Position numbers and translations under genes: made by a program. Under the pieces are notes generated by a model. It saw only the letters and a program-made list of their open reading frames with translations, searched no databases and was not told the DNA's origin. Below, one piece after another: positions 42,001 to 55,100 of a stretch of 64,000 bases of DNA. This stretch comes from Octopus bimaculoides. Lineage: Eukaryota. The stretch is taken from NCBI RefSeq assembly GCF_001194135.2, contig NC_068996.1, positions 29,832,058-29,896,057 of the forward strand, read 5' to 3'. Within the stretch, counting starts at the first letter, position 1; every line of letters begins with the position of its first letter.

Positions 42001-45000
42001 TTCTTTTCTTATCCCTAAAATTTATATAAATATTTCCATGGTTTCTATTTTAGGCTGAATAAAATCTTACATTAAAAAATAACTATTTTTCTTTAAGCAT
42101 GTAATAAAAGCAATGAGGATTTCAAAATTTTTAATTCACAAAAGTTCAGGAATGGCTATATGGTAGGAAGTTTGCTTCTCAACCACACAGTTCTTAGTTC
42201 AGTCCCACTGTGTGACACCTTGGGCAAGTATCTTTTACTACAACCTTAGGCTGACCAAAGCTTTGTGAATGGATTTGGTAGATGGAAACTGAAAGAAGCC
42301 CATCATTTGTGTGTGTGTGAGTGCATGTGTTACTGTCTCTTTGCCTTGACTTTACAACTTTACTTGTAAAGGAATGTCACCATCATGTAAGTAGCGTCCT
42401 TTATTTCCAATCTTCTGAGAAAACATGTCTAGATATGGGGAATAATACCTTACTAAGAAATAGGTGATGGTTGGTGACAAGGAGGACATCCAGTTGTGGA
42501 AAATATAGAAAGTTTTTGTCTACCACACTTTTCTGAATATGAAGCATTCAATTTTATGTCAGCAACAACTGAACAGTAAAACTAACAGCACAAAAGCTGT
42601 GAGTGTAAAAAGTCACCATCTTTTAAAATAAATGCAAGTATATTGTACTCTGAAATTATTGATTAGTGTATAGAAATCATACATACATAAATTAGAGTCT
42701 TTATCACAAGTTTTTACACCTATGTTATTACTCATTATTTGTATTACCAAATTCACTAAATTTTCCTGAAAAATTTAAGATTTCACGCAGAAATTTTTAG
42801 GGTGAAAATAACAGTTTTAATCAAAATAATCAAATATTTAGGTAAATACCAATGTAAATCATGGATTATAAAGCTAAAAAGGCTTGCTAATTAAAGAAAA
42901 TTTATAGATCAGTTTATGTCACCCCAACTTCATTAATTCAGTTTGTTAAAAAAATAAAATTAAGAACAAATTAAATATAGTCAAGTAACTTACTGTTTGG
43001 TTTGTTGCAAAACCAGTTGTTCCAGTTCCAAATGTAGGTGTATTTGTAGTTGTACTAAACAGATTTGACTGCTGAGATGTATTACTAAACAAACTCTTGT
43101 TTTGTTGCTGGTTTTGGCCAAACAAAGAACTGCCAGTATTCGGATTCAGATTAAAGCTAAAACCTGTATTCAAGCTATCAGTTGGATTTGCAAACAATGG
43201 TTTGGTTTGTTGGCCAAACAGTCCTGTACTGGTCAGTGGTGCACGGTTTTGATTAAACAGACTTGTGTTGCCCCTAGCATTTCCAAAACCAGCTAGAAAA
43301 GAAATATTTATATATGGATAAAAAGGCTTTGTCAGGATAAATTAATAGATGATTCAAATATATCGTTTTGAAAAAGTCTTCTTTACATATCAGATCTAAA
43401 TTGCAGTTTTCTTTACAAAAAGGAAACATAAAAATTATTGAAAAAAAAAAAAATGAACATTAAATTACAAACAAAAATTGCAAGTGATTTTGTGTAAGCT
43501 ATACATTTTTTAAAGTGAAAATTCAAAAACAAAAATTTGAGATACACTCTAGGAGCTTCTCAAACAAATTATTTTTCATATCTCCTGTGTCACATAAACA
43601 CACAGCATTGTTTACTCCTTCATTTTACACAGGTCCATGTGCTTTTGCCTTGTGTTGAGTCTGGGTAGCATCTTTTGAGTTGATAAACTCAACATTGTGG
43701 TTCACTGTTCTATGTTGAAAATTATAATCATCAATTTCAAGAATGTGAGAATAGGCTCTCTACAAGTCACTGTAAATGGTGGTTCCAGGAAGAACCAACA
43801 TATGCATTCCTCTAGTGTATCGCAATTCCAACGTGGCACTCCATAAAGAAACACATCTGGTCTCATGACACACTCCTCAGGTAATAAGCATCCTTCCTAG
43901 GTTGTATTTACATATTCAGAAGACTTTCATCTTTCTCAAAATCTTTCCAGGACCACCAATCTGAACTAGGTTGCAGAGCAAGTACTCTCCACATAATTCA
44001 CAGACATAGCTGTTGTTATCAACAGCTGTGCAGTAGTAAGTATGGCTTGTTACTATGGATACAGGCACAAGCCTGGGTGAAGCCAACCCTCGGTGGTAGT
44101 AGCAATTATTCAAACATCTGTGTCTTTCGATTGGCTAAAATTACCTAAAATTTGCAAACTTTAAAGCTATTAATTTATTTATTAATTTATAGCAAAAATT
44201 AATTTCACTTCCATAATTAACATACAAAACTACATCAAATTTGAAAACAATTGAAACAGAATTTTAAAAATTGAAAACAATAAGCAAAAGAGAAAAGATC
44301 CTACTATTTTAGTTAGAAATATAGTAATAATGGAATTAAAAACCTACAGTAGAAATTGATAGTATTGATTATCAGTGTACAATATTTGTAAATATGTAGT
44401 TAAGCCAAAGAGAACATTTTGCAACACTTATATAAATTTTGTTAATAAACATTAAATGTGTTAGATAACAAAATGAAAAATATCTACCTTTATTTTGTAT
44501 CTAACTTTTGTTCTTAAAATTATCATTATATTTTGGAGTTTTCTTTTCTTATCTATTGAACCTTGCTAATATCAAACTTTTGTGGTATTTGACAGATGAA
44601 ATTGATCGATATTACTTGTATAGGGTTCTGATAATCAGTCTACATTTGTTTCTACAAATTACTTGATATAAGATTGTGAAAGGTTATGTTAAAGTTGAGA
44701 TGAACTAAGAACTCCATGAGTGGCATTTCAATATGTTATTCATTTGTCTTCCTTCATTAAATCTAAAACTATTTTGCTTTGAAGTTTTCCTGAAATTGAT
44801 ACAATGTGTAAAATATTAAATCCTCTTTCACTATCAAAGAAATTAAAATGTCACTATGAACCAAACAATTCAATTGGGAATTATTCCATTAATATCTTAC
44901 TGGTTGTAGCTGTCTTATTCTGACCAAAGCCAAATCCAGTTGTTGCCTGACTAGTTGAGGTACCAAATAAATTTGAACTTGTTGGTTGTTGAGGTTGAGG

Positions 45001-48000
45001 CTGAGCAAGTGATTGTTGTTGTTGTTTGCCTTTACGACCAGCCTGATAATCTTCTAATCTGAGTTCCTGCCAATAAAATTGATAAAAAGGTTTGATTAAA
45101 AAATTTTCTAAATCATTAACTCAAATTCTTATACTACAAAAAACTGCAACTATTGGCAGATCTTTAACCACATGAAATCACAATTCAAATAGTGTTGTTT
45201 GAAGATAAAAAACTAGACCTAAGTATTCTTCTGTGCAAGAAACAAAGTCAAACCTTATTTTAGAACCTTTTCATCAAAAGACTTCCCGTTTGCACTATAT
45301 GTGCTTATTTTCTGCATTTTACTGAATTTCTCAGATTTTATTTTGTTCTATTTTTGAGTATAAAGATGGTTAGTCTGAAGTGGTGAGTTAGAAATTGGTG
45401 ATATTTATCATCATCATCATTTTAGTGTCCACTTTTTCATACTTGTATAGGCCAGTGTTAACAAAGGCAAATTTTCTACTGCTGGATACCCTTCCTGTCA
45501 CTAATCCCCACTAGTTTCCAAGCAAAATAATATTTCTCCATAGCCAGGCATGTTTCTGCAGAATATTGAAGATAAAGGACACTCCTTGCATGACAATATA
45601 CTCATTTTTAACTATCATGTGATGTTAAGACGAAGAAACAAACACACACATGTACGTACGTATGTATGTATGATGTACACACACACACACACATATACAA
45701 TGGGCTTCTTTCAGTTTCCATCTACCAAATTCACTCACAAGGCTTTAATTGAACTAGCTATAGTGGAAGACACTTGCCCAAGGTGTTATGCAATGGGACT
45801 GAAACTGAATCCATGTGGCTGAGAAACAAACTCTTCACCTCACATTTATTATTATTATNNNNNNNNNNNNNNNNNNNNNNNNNNNNNNNNNNNNNNNNNN
45901 NNNNNNNNNNNNNNNNNNNNNNNNNNNNNNNNNNNNNNNNNNNNNNNNNNNNNNNNNNATATAAGGGAGAGATTCTGTCTGCTTGTTTGTTTGTTCGTCC
46001 ACCAAAATGAAACTAAATGGTCCAGGAGAAGCTATTATGCTTTTTCTATATCTATATATATAAAAGGGAGATTCTGTCTGTTTGTTTGTGCACCAAAATG
46101 AAACTAAATGGTTCAGGGCAAGCTATTATGCTACTGCCTAATTTCTTACATTCAATCCTATATGTAATTCAACTGATTCTGTCAATTATCCTGGCTCCCA
46201 AAAAATATTGCAGTACATAGCTACTGAATAAACTTCCAGAAGTATTCACTTATAACTCAATTGACAGTGTTGCTGATCAGGATATTGTTAACTACCCCCG
46301 TCGAATTTTTGAACTCACTAGAACAACCAGGTACAGCTCATTGTCTTCATCTGACAAAAAGGGATTCCTATTATGCTATTGCATAATTTGTCTCAACCCA
46401 AATTATGCAATGGTACAAGATTAATTGTGCACAAACTAATGACGGAGTGCATCAAGGCAAATATTCTCACTGGTTGTGGTAAAGATGATACTGTTTTCAT
46501 TCCTCGCATACCAGTTATACCAGCTAATGTCCCATTCCAATTAAGCAGTTACAGTTTCCTATTCCACTTTCTTTTGCCATCACAGCATTAATAAAAGTCA
46601 GGGCCAAACACTAAAAGTTGATGGATTGCAACTTGAACAATCACGCTTTTCACATGGCTGATTTTATGTATGAGCATCACATGTGGAAGCAAATGCAATT
46701 TTTTTTTTTGCTTATGCACCCCAAAATAAAACATTGTTCATAAAGAAATATTCACACTTAATGCAGCATGAATATTTCAATAGCTTAATTTGCCATTACT
46801 ATTATTAAATTCAAGAATGAGTAAATTATCTATTTAAATGAAGTGTATTATATAATTGCCATTGCTGTATTGATAAATAAAATAACACATACAACTCACT
46901 TATTATAATCATATAATAAACAAATATGAAATTGATCTTTTTTTTTCCTACTTCAATTATTATATGAGATCAAGGCTTTCAAGGGACCAATCAGCTGAAC
47001 TATTTGCAGAACAGCTTTTGAAACTTGGTGAAGAGTTCCAATTGATAAAGAACAGTTTCTTACATTCAATCCAATATGTAATTCAACTGATTCCATTGAT
47101 GATTTATTTGGTGGATGAAATCTTTCCTAATCTTCTTCATAATTACAACAATACAGATTGGATCTGTGAGTGAGCTATCCTGGCTCGAAAAACATGTTAC
47201 TGGACATTGCATTAATAATAAGCTAGTGAATAAACTTCCAGGAGAAATATTCACTTATAACTCAGTTGACAGGTTTGTTGATGATCAGGATATTGTTAAC
47301 TATCCCCATCAAAATTTAGAACTCACTAGAACAACCAGGTACCACTCCTCATGGTCTTCAGCTGAAAAAATGGACTCCTATTACGCTTTTACATAATTTG
47401 TCTCAACCCAAATTATGCAATGGTACAAGATTAATTGTGCACAAACTAATGACAGAGTGCATCAAGGCAAATATTCTCACTGGTTGTGATAAAGGTGAGA
47501 CTGTTTTCATTCCTTGCATACCAGTTATACCATCTAATGTCCCATTCCAATTTAAGCGGTTACAGTTTCCTATCCCACTAAAAGTTGCTGGATTGCTACC
47601 TGAACAACCATGCTTTTCATATGGCCAACTTTATGAAGGAGCATCATGTGTGGGAACAAAAGAAATATTCACTCTTAATGTCACATGAATACTTCAATAC
47701 CTTAATTTACTATTACTATCATTACATTCAAGAATGAGTAAATTACCTTTTTAAATTAACTGTATCATATAATTGCCATTAGTGTATTGATAAATAAAAT
47801 AACACATACAACTCACTTATTATATAATGAACAAGCACAAGTTCATGTATGAAACTGATTTTTTTCTACTTCAATTATTACATATTTTTCTCTTATAAAA
47901 ATACACACATACAGGAGGAGTAAATTATATATTATAATAATACTTTAAATGTGGCTCCCGAGAAACAGTAAAAGTAATTATCCGATCAATTACGGGCTTT

Positions 48001-49069
48001 ACTGCTAGTGATTTAATAAGAGAAAGAGAACCTGGAGGAAATAATTAGTAAGATCTTAGGATCATGCATATATACCAGCTAAGTCATGTCATGATTTATC
48101 AACTCAGAAGTGAGTTGAGCAGAAGTAGAATTATCATATAGTTGATATTGATCTGGTGCTTTCATTAGTCAATGCTAAGGTTTGAAAGAAAGAAAACTAA
48201 AACATTCATTTACTGGATCTCTCTGCATACTAGCACATTTATGAGGGGAACATAATTATTGTAAAATATAACATAAATTTAGTGGGCCTTACAAAACCTT
48301 TGAATGGAGGAAATGAAGGCACATCTTGGAATGCTTTCTTTAATAGTTGTGCAGTTTCCAAGTTACAGAGACCAAGTGGAGTTCAAATTCAACTCAGAAA
48401 CTGGAAATCAATATCTTGGAAGCATATGTAAAAATACCTGTGTATATGAGCATGCGAAAGTGACAAGACAAGGTTTAAAAAAAAACAAATTTATGGTGTA
48501 TGGCAATGATCATTATATTGTATCAGCTAATTTTTAAATCCCAATTCAAGCATTTGTACTTTTCATACAGGACCAACTGAACTTCTTTAAAATCTCTATT
48601 TTTAACAGGACTGATAGAGTTATATAGAGAAAGTACAATAGGAATTAAACTAAGAAGTGAGGACTGGTAAATTATGAAGAGAAATCTGTAATACATGTAC
48701 AAACAATCTGTTGATCCTACAAACTATTTCCCTTTTTCAAGTACTAGAAAATAGTTGTGAGTTTAAGGTACAAAGAGGTAGTTCAAGCCTTGCTAAAGTC
48801 ATTGTATTGTCGTTCAAGAAGACATTACTTCAGCTTTGAATTAGTATAAGGAAGGTCATGCAGCTATGAAAAGAGTATTCTAACAAGGGAACAACAAAAT
48901 AGAGAACTCTTTCCTACTGCTAGATAATCTCTAGTGCCACTGACATAATAAAATGCCCACTATACAGCAATTGCCAATATGAATGGCATCCAACCATAGA
49001 GAGCCTGAAAAAAGAAAAAGCATGACATACACAACAAAAAAATGGGTAGTATTCTTTGAGTTATCATTT

Positions 49070-49112
<43 letters not shown>

Positions 49113-52100
49113 GCGTGCGTGCATGTCTCTATGTGATATTTATCAGATGCCAAAGGACTGCAACAGATAATATGCTGGAACAGACCCATGTCCCAGTATG
49201 AAAAAAACATGTAAAACAATAATGAAATTACAAACCTAACTTACCTAAATAGCACAGAAAAGGAAGAGATTTCATTACTTAACAATAAATACCTTAAAAC
49301 TTATATACTTTCATCATCATCATCGTTGGACAGTTTGACTGAAGACTGGCCAGCCAGGAGGCTGCACTGGGTTTCAATCTGATTTGGCAGGGTTTCTACA
49401 TCTGGATGCCCTTCCTAACGCCAGCCACTCCAAGAGTGTAGTGGGCGCTTTTTACATGCCGCCAGCATGTAGTGGGTGCTTTTACATGCCACCATAGTCA
49501 ATGCCAGCACTGGCATCGACTACACTACACTCGAATGGTGCTTTTTACATGCTACCAGCACGGGTGAGTGATATTTGAGATAGAGAAGCATTAAGATTGG
49601 AAAATACTCTTGAGAAAACAAAATTAAAGGAAATCAATTAACATATCTGGAGAAAAGATGGACTGATACCTTTCTTACATTATTATTACTACTACTACTA
49701 CTTTCACATCACTAAATACCAAGCAGTTAAATTTCTTTGTACCACTTCATTGAGGCGGCTAAGAATTGTAAGAGGAGGAAGCATACTGACCTAGTGGAGA
49801 TTTGCCAAAACAATGGGCAGCAAGTAAGATGTAATCACATCAAAATAGGAGGCAAGGGGGGTTTGCAGGTCAGTCCTGCAGACCTTACAACATGCTTAGC
49901 ATCACAGGTGGCAATAAGCAGAAAGCCATCAGGTTGACTGTGGAGGCACTAGATGTTGCCTCAAGATGGCTGTGGATCAAGAAGTGTGAGCCATATACGG
50001 AGCAATGCAAGCAGGATTAGTGATAACTGAACACAAATTGTTGCTTAATCAAACATGGCTGGATTGCTTGGGTGAGGATGTCTGATGCTGAAAGACACAA
50101 AGCACTTAATCATCATCATCATCATCGTTTAACGTCCGCCTTCCATGCTAGCATGGGTTGGACAGGCCCTAGGAAACATCAATGATATTATGTCCTGGTG
50201 CATCAAAGGATGTATGGGAAAACAATTGTAAGATTCAACCTGTCTGACTCGACACTGTTGTGAAAAATTAGTAAATGCTAACAATGACGTAAATTCACTG
50301 AAACAATGATGCGGGTATATATACTTTTTATATACTGGCCATGAAGAAAGAGAGTATAAAAGCGTAAATATATTGTAGACTTTGTAAATGCCATAAACTG
50401 CAAGAATCCAGAAAATAGTTACTTAACTCCATATTTTAAAATGCAAACTAACTATAGCTACATTCATACAAATTACTGAGTATTAAGATATTCTGCTTCA
50501 AAGCTAACTCTTAGCTTTAGTTTTCAAATTTATTTCCTATTTTTCATGCTTAATATTAAGTTAATCATGAAAAGAATATAAACAGTTAAAATATTCAGAT
50601 TCTACCCACCTGCAACACTACACACACAAAACATGAAAAACTGGCACCTGAAAGGTTATTAACATTTTACAAAATATACACACCTCTAAACATTTATCTT
50701 CATACTCCTTCATAGCAGATATACATTGATGGCGTGTGTTGATATTATTTGTTATCCCGCCTTTAACCATTGTATCCTGACCAACTGGTGGTTGAAATTT
50801 GGTACTTGTACCAGTAGCTGTGGAGCCTCCAAACACTGAGAATTAACAGAAAATAAATCATTAATCATACAAAATTTTAGAAAATGCTGCTGTGTTTTAC
50901 TTCAGATATCTAAATTAATGCTTAGAAAACATTTAACTTGGACATAAGGGAAAAAGAAACAAGCAATTACAAATTCAATAATTTTTACATCATATTAGTA
51001 GCTAACTTCAGTAACAAAAAGAAGAAAAACTAACCTTAAACATTGCATTAGACTAAATCCTAAGTGGACAGAGTGCCAGAGATGCAGAAAGTAGTGTGCT
51101 TGAAAGTTCTGGTATTAGTTAAGTAAAAAGATGTATAATTGAAGTGAACAGTATATTGTTGGGATATAATGGTTCTTGCTCTTGTTTACAGTAACACATA
51201 CCTAATGCACCCAACCTTATAAACGACATAGAAATATCAATAAATTCAATGCACAATGAAAACTTGATTCATCGTACGGCCTTAAGTAATCTCAATGTAC
51301 CCACTGCAAAATAGTTTCTCACTAGCTAAACTAACATAGATGGTCTCAATGAAAACCGAAAGGTCAAGCCAATGTGAAAGACTCTTTTAGGTCAATTCCT
51401 GTATTTCAGTATGAATATATGATATACAAATGTAAAAGAAAGAGTGTTTCATTATGCCCTAATGTAGCAACCATAGTATTAACTGACTATCTTCAAAATG
51501 GCCACACTATCAATGAAGAGTACTATACTAACTTGCTGGGGTAGTTACAAAAGGCCATCAAGACCTAACAGCCAGGAAAATTGACATTACAGACGTACAC
51601 ACTTACACATGCACCCACACACGTCAAGGTCACTAGCTCCTACCCACACACACACTTACACATTCTCACATACACACACATGCGCACCTTCGTTTTGGGA
51701 TGACCAATACTTTTATCTCCCCTTCTTTCAACCTTTTCTAATCAGTCACCATGCTTTACCACTAAATCCGCAAGATTTTCTTATTTCTCTCTGCTTATTT
51801 TCTCTTATTCCTTTCTTTTGAAGAGCATAGGCTTGAAACGTAAAAGACATTTTCACATTCCCAAGTGTCAAACTAATACATCTGCTAGTTGTTCATATAC
51901 CTGTCTTCGTCTTTTGTGTACAAATAGATACATACATGTACACATTTATGTACATGCACATACATATACACAACATTTATATATACACTGGTATGAACTT
52001 GGTGAGTTGAATATATAAAAGCAAGCAAATAAATTATACATTTCGTTAATGAATAAAGCTTGCAATTTAGAAGAGAAAATCTGTAAGTTATTTAAGTTTA

Positions 52101-55100
52101 AAAAATGAAATTAAAATAAAGATTATAAACTTATAAGAGTTATAAAATTGAAATTATTCTACATAATATGAGTGTAAATAAGTTTCACCCTTGCAAGTTT
52201 GACTATGTGTTCTTTAAGACAAGGTATACACAACAATAGAACAATGGAACAGAAATCATTTCCAGTATTAGATAAGAGACAGTATAAATAAATTAATATT
52301 AATAATAATGAGAACTTTGGATATCTCTAAAAAAAATGCATGGACAATGGATGAACAATGGGTCTTCTTCCTGAGCATACATTTAAAATTATCGTTAAAA
52401 GATTCAGTAGGCAAAAGACCATATATAAAATTCAGTGTAGTTGGCAGAGAAATACATTTAAAAATACTGAAGAGTCAGATAGTTTATAGATAGTCAAAGG
52501 TTTTTTGGAGGGTCTGTTTGTTGGTGAAATAAAAATAAAATGAGCTGAAATAAGCTATGCAAAGTGATATATGATAAATGTTGGTTGATTTGAGCGAATT
52601 TAGCAAATTCAAAAACCAATTTTTTTTGCTGTCCATATGGAATTTTTTGGTTGATTATCCTATACTTGAAAGCATGCGTGCAGCAATTCAAGACTGATTT
52701 TTGGTTTAAGGCGTATTTGTCTTGGAAGAGGGTGAAGAATTTCTCACACAGGAGTGGTATCACTGAAGAGAGAAGGTGGGTAGGAGTGAAGAGAGAGGCA
52801 GTAAGTCTCAGATGAAGAGAGGAGGGGAATTAAGCCCAAAGGAGCAAAGAGAGAAGGTTAATTCCTGTTCACAGCAATGGTGGGAGTCCAGATGGCCCTG
52901 TGCAAAACAGTCCAAATACAGACAGGTACAATAGTGAATGACTGGTAGAACGGAAATGGCGTGAGACCGGGGTGTCACTGCCAAGTCTGATGTCTCAGAG
53001 GAGCTCTGCGAACCAGTCAGCTAAACAGTGTTCCGTTTAACCAATGTACAGAGAAGGGTAGAAAGAGGAGATGCAGTAAACGACGTTGCTAGAAGTGCAA
53101 GTAAAGGAGTCGGTGATCTGATAGAGATGATGATGGATGCCTATGAGGATGGTGGTGTTGGAGAGGTAGAGGCAAGTATGACAGCGTGGGCAGGAGGAGG
53201 TGAACGAGCCAAGGTGGGAGGTGGGGGTCAGGGAAGAAACTGTGAACCAGGAGGTCATGCAGGTTGAGGGTTCATTTGAAGGAAGGAAGTGATAAGTTTG
53301 GGAAGATGTGAGGTGGAGGGGTCAGACTGGAGTCGCCAGAAGGCTCAGAGAATAGTGCACTAGAGGGGCAGGGGAAGGGTGGTAAGTGAGGGGAAACAGA
53401 TGGACAACGGCAGGGCAGGTGCTGGGAGAGAAAACAGAGGTACGATTCACAGAGTGTGCCCTGGCAAGGGCTGTGTGGATAGTGGTGAGGGAATATCCAC
53501 GAAGGATGAAGTGACGAGCAATGAGTTGAGATTGAGTCTCAAAGTTATGATAGTTATTGCAGACCCTGCGCAGATGGAGGAATTGGGAGTAGTGAATGGA
53601 GAGCTTGGTGTTAGGGAGGGTGGGAGGAGGAGAAGTTAAGGTAGGATTGTGAGTTGGTGTGTTTGTAGTGGATGAAGGTAATAAGAGCCGGGTGATGTAT
53701 GCTACAGAAATGTTGAGAAATGCAACAGAAGTGTTAGAAATAGTGCAGGAGAATTCAAGGGCAGGATGGAAGGATGGGACAAAGGCACGGAAGGAGTCTA
53801 ATTGTTTGCAGGAGAGTGAGGTCACACTGATAAAGTCATCAATATAACGATAGTATAGTTCAGGAGTGGGACGAGTGAATTGTGAGAATATTTGGGTTTC
53901 AACATAGCCAACAAATAGGTTCGCATAGTTGGGGGCCCATTCTCGTTCCCATGGCCACTCCCAAGACTTGTTGGTAAAAATCACCTGTGAACAAGAAGCA
54001 GTTGAAGGAGAGAACAAGTTCGGCCAGATGAAGAAGTGTAAAGGTGTCAGGTTGGGGGTTGGGTTGAAGGTTCAGAAAGTGTTTAAGTGCAAGAAGTCCT
54101 TCGTTGGGTGGGATCACCATATATAAACTCTTGATATCAAGAGTGAAGAGAAGTTTATAGGAGCCAGAAGGGAAGGGGAAAGAGTTAAAGAGATGGAGAG
54201 CATGGTCAGTGTCGTGGACGTGGGAGGGGCAGCAGCTTAGGTTGGTGATGCAATCCCCTTCATTAGATGCAGGTGGACTATTGTGGAATAGTGCATATAG
54301 CTTGACACAGCACACAAAGCTATGAATATTAGCACGGGTCTGAAATTCGTTACTGGATGGAGTGAGGAGGACAAAGCAGAGACCCTTACTGAGAAGAGAG
54401 CGCTCCACCTCAGAGAAAGAAAGATCTGGAGGAATGGTAACAACAGACTGAAGTGAGGAGGGAATGGATGAGTTAGATGCAGGAGGAATGGTGGGAGCAT
54501 TGGAAGGCTGGAAGGAGAGAAGGTTAAGGAATGGAGTACATAACATCAGGACTACATATGTTTCATAGCAAGCAGAACCTCAGAAGTGGTAAATATCCAA
54601 GTGAGATGAATACCGCAGGCTACTCTTCAGGTCAATGATATTTTGATTAAATGAAAGTTTACTCTATCACAAGGAGGTACGTGTTAACGCTTTTTATAAA
54701 TGGTAAGGAAAAATACGGAGAGAGGTAAGTAAATAACAATAAAGAATTGAAGGGAAAAAGAAGTGGAAACCAATTTTATAAATTGTAAGGAAAGAGAAGT
54801 ATGTAATTCCTTCCCATACAGCAAATAGGTTACAATGCTGGGTATGACATTGTTGAATTATGACTTTAAGATAGAGTATATACCATCCAAGAGGTTAGGC
54901 TATGCAGATTGTTTATCAAGGTTAATTCCAAAAAATATGGAACTATTCAAAGATACCATGATTGTCAGGTTGTGAGCACAAAATGAAATAAAAAAATTTT
55001 GTGTAACGTCATTCGGGAACTGCCAGTAACTGTTCAAGTAATAAGATTAAAATCAGAGAATAACAAATTCATTACAGAGATCAAAGAAACATTGAAAGTT

